Source: Dehalococcoidia bacterium (GTDB taxonomy: Bacteria; Chloroflexota; Dehalococcoidia; Lucifugimonadales; UBA3495). From it: a stretch of 64,000 bases of DNA. Under the pieces are notes generated by a model. The model was not told where the DNA came from. It saw nothing but the letters and a program-made list of their open reading frames with translations, and did not search any database. Where the stretch lies: the NCBI GenBank assembly GCA_963667325.2, contig CAXXKY010000005.1, forward strand, positions 260,579-324,578, given 5' to 3'. How positions within the stretch are numbered: the stretch's first letter is position 1; every line of letters starts with the position of its first letter. The position numbers and the translations under genes are program-made. Positions 49,427 through 57,900 of the stretch are shown one piece after another.

Positions 49427-50356
49427 ATGCTGAGAGGTCGCTTGGGGCTGGAGACAGCCCGTATTCCCCACTCCGACCGCCACGGGCTGCTGTGGCTGTC
49501 CCGGGGCGCGCTCACCGTGCGAGACGGCACCCTGCGCTTCGAGCGTCAGGCCGACCCGGACTCCGACAGCTCCTTGGAGGCCGGCGAGTACGGCATACCC
49601 TTCCAGACCCTGTCCATGATCCTGCTGGGTCCCGGCTCCACGGTCAGCCACGATGCCCTGCGCCTGATGGCACGACATGGCACCGCCCTGGTGGCCGTGG
49701 GCGAGGACGGTGTCCGGTGCTACACCGCGCCCCCGCTGATGCCCGACACCTCTGAAATTGCCCGCAAGCAGATGCGGGCCTGGGGCGACGCCGAGGGCAG
49801 CCGCATCACCATCGCCCGCAAGATGTACGCTTTGCGCTTGGGCGAGGTGCTGCCCCACCAGGGAATCGAGGCCCTCCGGGGAATCGAGGGCGCGCGAATG
49901 AGACGCACCTACCAGACCCTGGCCCAGCGTTACGGCATACAGTGGCAGAGGCGGCGATACGACCGAAACGATCCGATGTGGGCCGACATCCCCAATCAGG
50001 CCATCAACCACGCCTCGGTGGCCGTCACATCGGCGGCGGTTATCGCCGTTACCGCTGTCGGTGCCATACCGCAACTGGGATTGATACACGAACACAGCGG
50101 CGAAGCCTTCCCCCTGGACGTTGCCGACCTGTTCCGCGACACCATCCTGCTGCCCGCTGCTTTCCAGTCGGCCAGGGCAGTGATGGACAATCCGGCGCTG
50201 GATATCGAACGGCACACCCGGCAAACCACCGGGGAACTTCTGCGCACCGAGCGGGTGATTTCCAAGATGATAGACCGCATCAAGACGATCTTTGATGATG
50301 TGGCCCTGCCCGATGCGGAGGCTGAATCTCTCTCCGTTGAGCCGGACGAGGAGTAG
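49427..50356 (+). CDS. cas1: Cas1 integrase (type I-E)
   Basis: 309 aa with a typical Cas1e N-terminus: 'RIPHSDRHGLLWLSRG.L.V.DGTL.F'. Confidence 0.95.
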   Translation: MLRGRLGLETARIPHSDRHGLLWLSRGALTVRDGTLRFERQADPDSDSSLEAGEYGIPFQTLSMILLGPGSTVSHDALRLMARHGTALVAVGEDGVRCYTAPPLMPDTSEIARKQMRAWGDAEGSRITIARKMYALRLGEVLPHQGIEALRGIEGARMRRTYQTLAQRYGIQWQRRRYDRNDPMWADIPNQAINHASVAVTSAAVIAVTAVGAIPQLGLIHEHSGEAFPLDVADLFRDTILLPAAFQSARAVMDNPALDIERHTRQTTGELLRTERVISKMIDRIKTIFDDVALPDAEAESLSVEPDEE

Positions 50357-50359
50357 CGC

Positions 50360-50647
50360 ATGACAGTGGTGGTTACAGTCAACGTGGAGGGTCGATACCG
50401 AGGGTTTCTGGCATCGGCGATGCTGGAGATAGCGCCTGGGGTGTACACCTCTCCCCAGATGACCAGCGGTATACGGGAAAGAGTCTGGGACGTGGTCTCG
50501 CGGTGGTATTACGAATTGGGCCAGGGGTCAATCGTGATGACTTGGCGGGATCCGACCGCCGTGGGTGAGCAGCGAATCCGCACCCTGGGTGAGGCCCCCA
50601 AGGAGATTGTCGATGCCGACGGCGTACACTTGGTGAAGTACAGATAG
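50360..50647 (+). CDS. cas2: Cas2 (type I-E)
   Basis: 95 aa: 'VVVTVNVEGRYRGFLASAMLEIAPGVYTSP.M....RERVW'. Confidence 0.95.
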   Translation: MTVVVTVNVEGRYRGFLASAMLEIAPGVYTSPQMTSGIRERVWDVVSRWYYELGQGSIVMTWRDPTAVGEQRIRTLGEAPKEIVDADGVHLVKYR

Positions 50648-50697
50648 TCGGCAACATGTTCATCCAATAGACCGATACAAAATATGCCAGTGCAAGG
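50648..50697 (+). promoter_or_regulatory. CRISPR leader (only 50 bp between the cas2 stop and repeat 1)
   Basis: More AT-rich than its surroundings. It contains an exact copy of the last 8 nt of the repeat (atagaccg, 50667-50674), ending 23 nt before repeat 1. Confidence 0.6.
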
Positions 50698-51886
50698 GGT
50701 TCCCCCGCAGGCGCGGGGATAGACCGGACCGGTGGGGCAAGGTCCAGGGGGTCAAGTTGGTTCCCCCGCAGGCGCGGGGATAGACCCCATCAGGGAGTGG
50801 CAACGGTTCTGCGCGCAGAAGGTTCCCCCGCAGGCGCGGGGATAGACCGATCGCCTACGAGGCCGAGGGCGACACCAACGCGGTTCCCCCGCAGGCGCGG
50901 GGATAGACCGTCGAGGACGTCGATTATCGAGATGGCCATATCGGTTCCCCCGCAGGCGCGGGGATAGACCGATGCCGCCCACGGTAAGTAAGGGTGAGAA
51001 GGTGGTTCCCCCGCAGGCGCGGGGATAGACCTCATGTTGCCCGCGGCGACGCCCTGGTTGGCGTGGTTCCCCCGCAGGCGCGGGGATAGACCCCTCATCG
51101 ACCGCCGGGTGCCTGGTGTCCTGACGGTTCCCCCGCAGGCGCGGGGATAGACCGGTGTCAAAATTGAGACGCATGTAGTCTTCCCAGGTTCCCCCGCAGG
51201 CGCGGGGATAGACCGAAGAGGCGTGCGGTCCTCATCAATATTGAAGTGGTTCCCCCGCAGGCGCGGGGATAGACCCCTGGCCGAGTTCGAGCAGAGCATG
51301 GCGCAGGTGGTTCCCCCGCAGGCGCGGGGATAGACCGTGCCAGACCTCCAGCGGCCGCAAGGTTCAGGAGGTTCCCCCGCAGGCGCGGGGATAGACCTCA
51401 ACGGTTGGACATCAGGTGCTACGGCAGGGAGGTTCCCCCGCAGGCGCGGGGATAGACCGATACTGAAATAATGTCGGCGTCGGGTTCTCTGGGTTCCCCC
51501 GCAGGCGCGGGGATAGACCCACGCCCTGGCCGTGCTCGGTCTGCAGCTCGTGGGTTCCCCCGCAGGCGCGGGGATAGACCTTGCCCTGGGCGATGATACC
51601 GGCTTCGTTCACTGGTTCCCCCGCAGGCGCGGGGATAGACCGAACCAGACCGGAGCCATCACAGTGACGAACGCGGTTCCCTCGCAGGCGCGGGGATAGA
51701 CCCACCGAGCAGGTAGACCCATCCAACGAGACCCAGGTTCCCCCGCAGGCGCGGGGATAGACCCCATCGTACACGCCGCCTGCTGCGGAAAGACGCGGTT
51801 CCCCCGCAGGCGCGGGGATAGACCGCAGGACCAGAGCGTCACCACCCTGTGCGGTAAGGTTCCCCCGCAGGCGCGGGGATAGACCG
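50698..51886 (+). CRISPR. type I-E CRISPR array, 20 repeats / 19 spacers
   Basis: Repeat GGTTCCCCCGCAGGCGCGGGGATAGACC plus a variable 29th base. The period is 61 bp, with 32-nt spacers and one 33-nt spacer (S2). Repeat starts: 50698, 50759, 50821, 50882, ... 51858. Repeat 17 (51675) has C8>T. Orientation follows from the cas2-proximal leader and the I-E-like ...ATAGACCG 3' end. Confidence 0.97.
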
Positions 51887-51919
51887 TTTATCTATATGTC
51901 CTCTGCAACCGACTGCTAA

Positions 51920-53123
51920 GAATCCTCTGAACAAGTCGGGAGGGATGTGGCATAGTCGAGCTGAAGAGCCTGACCCTGATCGGGGGAGAGATTGATGGAC
52001 CAGCCCACCTTTGCTGACTTGGAATACCAGGGCAAGAAACGCAAGACCCGCCGGGAGCTGTTCTTGGAGCGAATGGACGCTCTGATTCCCTGGCAGTTGC
52101 TGGAGGACCGCATCCGTCCCTTCTACCCCAAGGCCGGAAGGGGGATACAGCCCTACCCGCTGTCCGTCATGCTGAGGGTCCACTGCGTCCAACTCTTCTA
52201 CAATCTCAGCGACCCGGGCATGGAGGATTTGCTCTACGAGTCAGACCCGGTGCGGCGGTTCGTGGTGCTGAAGCTCTCGGGTCCCCTGCCCGACGAGACC
52301 ACCATCCTGAATTTCCGTCATCTCCTGGAGAGGCACCAACTGGGGCAGGGTCTCTTGGCGGAGATAAACGCCCACCTGGAGTCCCAGGGACTGAGGCTCA
52401 GGGAGGGTACCATCGTGGACGCGACCATCATAGAGGCGCCGTCCTCCACCAAGAACAGTACCGGGGAGCGGGACCCGGAGATGCATCAGACCCAGAAGGG
52501 GAACCAGTGGCATTTCGGGATGAAGGCGCATATTGGGGTGGACGCCGGTACTGGCATAGTCCACAGCATGACGGCCACGGCGGCCAACGCTCACGATGTT
52601 ACGCAGACGCGCAAACTGCTGCACGGGGGCGAGAGGGTGGTGTGGGGCGACGCCGGGTATCAGGGGGTCGACAAGCGGAAGGAGAACCTGGGTCTGGCGG
52701 TGGAATGGCGGGTGGCGATGCGTCCGGGGAGTAGGCGGAGGCTGGAACCTGGGAGCGAGGAGGCGATGGAGGAGAGGGCGAAAGCGTCGGTGAGGGCCAA
52801 GGTGGAGCACCCATTCCTGAGGCTGAAGGGGTTGTTCGGTTACGGCAAGGTTCGCTACCGGGGACTGGCGAAGAACATGGAGCGGCTGGCCTTGTTGTTC
52901 GGGCTGGGCAATCTGCTGACGGCGGAGGGCCAACTGGCGGCGTAGTGCGCAATTGCTGCGGGACAACGCCGGTCTCGAGGCCCATCAAGCCTCAAGCAGC
53001 ACAGTCGGGGAGGAAACCCAAGGGGCCGAGGGCCGGCTGGCAAGCACCAGACCGCAGTTCCCACTCCGTTATGCAACTCCATCAAACACAACCCAGACCA
53101 AAACCCCCTTGTTCAGAGGATTC
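51920..53123 (+). mobile_element. IS5-family element, full-length copy (1,204 bp)
   Basis: Ends gaatcctctgaacaag (51920-51935) and cttgttcagaggattc (53108-53123). The flanking tetranucleotides differ: CTAA on the left, CTAG on the right. Confidence 0.85.
51995..52945 (+). CDS. IS5-family DDE transposase
   Basis: 316 aa from ATG 51995: 'FADLEYQGKKRKTRRE.FL..MD..IPW', 'GTIVDATIIEAPSS', 'WGDAGYQG' and 'KVEHPF...K'. Confidence 0.9.
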   Translation: MDQPTFADLEYQGKKRKTRRELFLERMDALIPWQLLEDRIRPFYPKAGRGIQPYPLSVMLRVHCVQLFYNLSDPGMEDLLYESDPVRRFVVLKLSGPLPDETTILNFRHLLERHQLGQGLLAEINAHLESQGLRLREGTIVDATIIEAPSSTKNSTGERDPEMHQTQKGNQWHFGMKAHIGVDAGTGIVHSMTATAANAHDVTQTRKLLHGGERVVWGDAGYQGVDKRKENLGLAVEWRVAMRPGSRRRLEPGSEEAMEERAKASVRAKVEHPFLRLKGLFGYGKVRYRGLAKNMERLALLFGLGNLLTAEGQLAA

Positions 53124-53127
53124 CTAG

Positions 53128-53790
53128 GGCGAGGACGCTTCACTCGAGTTCGCGGTGTCGATGCATGCGGCGTCGGACTCGGCGGTGACGGTGGACTACG
53201 CGACCTTCGATGTGGCGGCGACGGCGGGCGAGGACTACACCGCAGCCAGCGGTACCTTGACCTTTGCCGCGGGGGAGACCCAGAAGACAATTTCTGTGCG
53301 GATCATCGATGACACGGTCGAGGACAACCAAGAGAAAGTGGGGCTGAGCAACCCTAGCGGCGCCGAAATCATCGACGGCGATGCCGCGGGCACCATCAAG
53401 GACGGGATCAGCACCGATGAGTTCACGGCGGAGTTCCAGCAGGTGCCGGCGAGCCATGACTGCTCACCCACATTCACGTTCCGGCTGAAGTTCAGCGAGG
53501 TGATTGCGCATCGAAAGAAGAGGAACCTGTGGAGGGCGTTGTCGAAAATGGGCGCGAACATTAAGCAGGTGCCGCAGGTGGATAATCGCCTCGACCCCTT
53601 CGAGTTGACGTTCGAGCCAACCGGCATTGACGACGTGACTATCACTCTTGGTCCGTCGCCCATCGATTGAACCGCGCGCGACGCGGTGTGTACCAGCGAC
53701 GGCACCGCCCTCACCGGCACAATCACAGCGACGGTCAGCGGCCCATCAGACTATTACTACAGTCTCACTTTAGGCAGGCGGCGGTTGTAG
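53128..53790 (+). pseudogene. 5'-truncated Calx-beta-domain protein fragment with an internal stop
   Basis: The frame opens at the IS5 boundary: '(G)EDASLEFAVSMHAASDSAVTVDYATFDVAATAGEDYTAASGTLTFAAGETQKTISVRIIDD'. A TGA at 53668 interrupts '...GPSPID*TARDAVCTSDGTALTG...', which reads on to 53790. Confidence 0.65.
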
Positions 53791-53819
53791 TGGCAGCGCG
53801 GAGGTGGGACAGGGTCAAA

Positions 53820-54224
53820 TCAGGCAGTTGGCTTTGCGTCCCAATTGCTGATTGCACCGGTCAGTCCGTCGGAATAAGAGATCCCCGATGCGTCGGCGGT
53901 CAGAGTCTCTCCCAATAGCGCGGTGCCCGTGATGGTGGGCGCGCCCGAGCCTGTGGAGTTGGCCGTGGTCTCTGAGGTCTCGACATGTCGGAAGATCGAT
54001 TGCGGGCTGAGTCCGTGGGAGGTCAGGGCCCTGACCCGGTACCTGTACCGGGTGGACGCCGCCACACTGTTGTCGGTGTATCAGCGCCCGTCGGCGCGGC
54101 TCGGGCCGCCGGAACCCGCCTGCGATCCACTGGTGTACGGCTCAATGGCCTCGGCCCAGCGGGCGGCATCCCCCCACCTCGTCTCTCCCAACCACCACCA
54201 CGACACCTCAACACTCCTTGATCG
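53820..54224 (-). pseudogene. fragment of an FN3 / 'GxPxIxGxAxxGxTLTA' repeat surface protein
   Basis: 'VEVSWWW...RADGR*YTDNSVAASTRYRYRVRALTSHGLS...GAPTITGTALLGETLTADASGISYSDGLT' contains an in-frame stop. It resembles the C-terminal module of the neighbouring giant gene. Confidence 0.45.
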
Positions 54225-54377
54225 TCAGGAATTCTGTCCGTTTTGATCCGCGACCGAAGTACTGTAAGCAGCCAGGAGAGAACAAGAGAAATGGTAAGGG
54301 CGATTTGGGATGCCTGTATTCCGGAGAACCAATGATCAGGAATTCCAGTCCCGTATTAGCCTGGACTGGTCCAGGCG

Positions 54378-54908
54378 TCAGGGATCAACGGTGACCGAAT
54401 TCGATCCGTTGCTCAGTCCAGTCGGGTTGATGGCCTTCACTCGGTAGACGTGCTGAACGAAGGGAGTCGTATTCGTATCAGTGAAGGTGGTCGCCGTACC
54501 ACCGGTGTTTCCAACATACACCGTCAGGGTGTCTTCCCCCACCTGCGGGAGCCTCCTGAGTATCCTATAGCCAGTGACGGTGTCATCGTCCGGGGCGCTC
54601 CATGTGAGCGTGATCGAGCCATCGTCGTTTTTGGTTGCTTGCAAATTCGTTGGCTTCGGAGGTGGATTCTCGGGTATGACGGCGGCGGTCGCGCCACTCA
54701 CCAGTGTCTCGGCGCTGCCTTCATCGTCGGTGAAGCTGACCTGAACCGTGATGGTTTCGCCCAGATCATTCGTCGTCAGGGTGTAGCTGGCGCTGTTGGC
54801 GCCTGAGATATCGGCGCCTTCCGCTCGCCATTGGTAGGTGAACGAGGCCCTCTCCACCCCATCCTCGTCCTGGATACCGCTGGTGTTGGCGTTCAGGGTC
54901 TGGCCCAC
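54378..54908 (-). CDS. C-terminal segment of the giant surface protein (repeat module plus FN3 domain)
   Basis: 'GQTLNANTSGIQDEDGV...YQW...' followed by FN3 ('PTNLQATKNDDGSITLTWSAP.DD.VTGYRI.R...YRVKAIN'). The frame continues upstream to 54965 and joins the 2,826-aa ORF through a frameshift between 54941 and 54962. Confidence 0.75.
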   Translation of the reverse strand: MGQTLNANTSGIQDEDGVERASFTYQWRAEGADISGANSASYTLTTNDLGETITVQVSFTDDEGSAETLVSGATAAVIPENPPPKPTNLQATKNDDGSITLTWSAPDDDTVTGYRILRRLPQVGEDTLTVYVGNTGGTATTFTDTNTTPFVQHVYRVKAINPTGLSNGSNSVTVDP

Positions 54909-57900
54909 ACGGGCCTCGCCGCCGATGGCCGGCTGGCCGGTGGCCGGTGTGTTGGTGTGTCCGGCTCATCGGAGTTCTCTTCCTTGCCGTCAGCACTCCC
55001 TGCCTCCTCATCATTGCTCCCCGATTCTCTGTCGTCCTCGCTCTTGGTTTCCCCGTCGTTGTTCTTGGACTCTTTGCTGCCGGATGCCTCCTCGCTGCTG
55101 CCGCTATCCTGATCGGAGTCGTCTTGATCCCGCGTGCTGTTGCCCGACCCCTCGACAGCCTCAATCTTTACCTTGTAGACGCCGGTGCGGTCGCCGCTGC
55201 CCGAACCAACGGCTATGTAGTATGTACCGTCGCTGGCGGGTTCGAAGCTGATGCTGACGCGCTTTCCGGTGCTGGTGCTGGTCGTGTCGGATATGAGGTT
55301 CCCCTCGATGCCGTAAATACCGACTATCTTCAGGTCGGTCGCCTGGTCTCCCGAGGGGAACTCTTCGGCAGACCAGGCTACGATGTCGTACTCCTGATCC
55401 ACTTCAAGTTCGGGGGTCTTGAACCAGTCCACGTCCGGCTCGTCATCCCAGTACCAGCTCCAGTTGTCTCCCAGGAAAGCCCCCGTGCTCACATGGCCGG
55501 GCTCTAGGACCCGTTTGGTCGACTCACTGGCAGGGATGTCCAGCACGTAGCCGTCCGGACCTCCGAAATACCGGTAGTGCGCCCTGTTGTTTGAGACGTG
55601 GCAGACGTTATTCACCCTGACCCTGATCCGGTAGGTGCCGGTGTCGCCCATTCCGCTCACTTCGACCTGGTGCCAGCCCGTCGCATCCGATCCCCTCACC
55701 AGGTCTATATTGTTGCCGAGCGGACGATGGCTGATCATTTCAGAGCGGTCTCCCATTTGAACGCTCATTACCATCGGGGTAGGCAGGGTTCGAGTCTCAT
55801 TGGGCAGTTCGTCCCCATTGAGGTCCGCTTGAGGGTTGCTGCCGAACACCTCGATCAGATAGACCCTGTAGGGGTCTAGCCGGATTCTCCAGAACTGGCT
55901 GATATTGGTCTCCGTGATCTCTCCCCGGCTGTCGAGGATGATTCTGCGCCCGCTGTCATCGGGGCACTGGGTACTGGCGGCCCCGTTCTCCATATTCATC
56001 AGTTCCACTGTTGTGGTGCTGGGGCTTCCTTCCACCACCCCCGCCGGCAGGTCGCCGAAGCCAAGCGTAATCATCTCTCCCCCGTCTTCCACATCGTCAT
56101 CTATGGCGGTCATCGTGAATGACTTGGACTGTTCTCCGGCTGCGAAAACCACGTCGGCCGGCACGCCATCGAAGTCGTCATTCGTGACTCCATTGATGAG
56201 AGTGAGTTCGATGGGAATGGTCGTGGGCACCGGGGCGACTTCGTTCAGCCTTACAACCACGACTGCATCGTTCCCACCCTCGTGTGCCTGGTATATGGAG
56301 GCGCCGAAGGACACCCGAAGTGAGTCCCTGATGCTGATGGCAGCCTGGGCTGGGGGCGCGACGCTGACGCCCGAGGGCATAGCGCCAAAGCCCAGGGTCA
56401 CCATCTCTTCGTCCTCGTCGTGCGAGTCCTGCTCGGCGATGAATGAGAAGGACTTCTCCGTATCGCCGCTGTTGAACACGACGTCTTCAGGCACCCCGGA
56501 GTAGTCGTCTCCAGATGCCCCAGTCCCATTATTGGTGGTCAGCGGGATGGTGACGGTCCGCTCCGGATCTTCGCTGAGGTTTACGGTAACGGTAACGGTG
56601 CTCCCTTCCATCAGGGAATAGGCGGAGGACTCGAAGGAGACTGTTACGGAGACCTGAGGGTCAGTGGGAGCGTCGTCTGTGATGGAGACCACTGTCTCCT
56701 CGGTCGTACCCTCGGCGACGCCCGTGGGCAGCGTTGTACCGAAGGTCAGCTTCACGCTCTCGCCGTCATCGCTATCGCTGTCGGTGGCTGCAGAGAAGGT
56801 GATGGACTTCTCCGTGTCACCTGCGTTGAAGGTGAGGCTGTTGGGCACCCCGGAGTAGTCGTCACCGGAAGCCCCATCCTGTTCTGTGGTGGAGAGCGGG
56901 ACGATCACCGTCCGCTCCGGGTCGGCGCTGAGCACGACCTTAACAGTGATGCTGTTTCCTTCGGTTACCGTGTACGTGCCTTGATCAAAGCTGACGGTCA
57001 CGGGGACATTGTTGTACGAGTAAACCCGGTCGAAGGGCGAGACGTCATCGGATGCGCTGTTGACGACCCATACGGTGTCATCGTCTCCCCATATCCCGGC
57101 GGCGTCCGAGTTGGATGAATGCAGGTTGATGTCGTAGCCGGCAATACGCGTACCCGTGAGATCGTATGCATAGAGCTTGTCGTCGGTTTCGTCCACCACC
57201 CAGATGCCGTCGCCGTTCGACCAGATGCCCCGAGGTGCATCGTTATCGCTGGCCAGGTTGAAGTCTTTTCCCGAGTCCCGCGACCCGTCGGCCAAAATGT
57301 AGGCGTACAACTTGTCGTCGCCCCAATCGACGACCCACATGGTGGTCCCGTCGGACCAGATGCCCCAGGCCGTGGAGTTGCCGCTGCTGCGAGTGAAATC
57401 CTTGCTGGTGTCTCGCGACCCGTCTGAAAGCGCGTACGCGAAGACTGTCGTGTTCAGTTGGTCGGCGACCCAGGTTGTGGTCTCATCCGACCAAATGCCG
57501 GCAGGACCGCCGTTGTCGCTGTGGAGGGTTATGTCCTTGGCCGAGTCCCGCGCGCCGTCGGCCAGGGTGTAGGCGTACAGCTTCGCCTCGACCGAGTCCG
57601 AGTCTGCAATCCACATGGTGGTGCCGTTGGACCAGATGCCTGCGGGGGCGGTGTTGCCCGCGTTGCGCAGGGTGTCCAGGTCGTCCGCGGCCTTCCACCC
57701 GCCTTGATCGATGATGCCACGCCCGATGTACACCGTGTACGTGGTCGAGTCCTCAGTGGCGGAGGAATTGACCACGATGGCGAAGGTGTTGAGCCCGGCG
57801 GACAGGTCCACGGTGTGGGCTTCGCCGTTGGTGACCTCGGTCCCATTGATTGTGACCGTGTCGTCGGAGCGGTATGGGGTGGCCGTAATGGTGGCCTGGG

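Noticed and set aside
50752-51845. Minus-strand ORFs of 78-203 aa with recurring 'SIPAPAGEP / YPRACGGT / LSPRLRGN' peptides
   Set aside because: They are translations of the CRISPR repeat in three frames across the array. The 61-bp periodicity and the perfect DNA repeats explain them completely.
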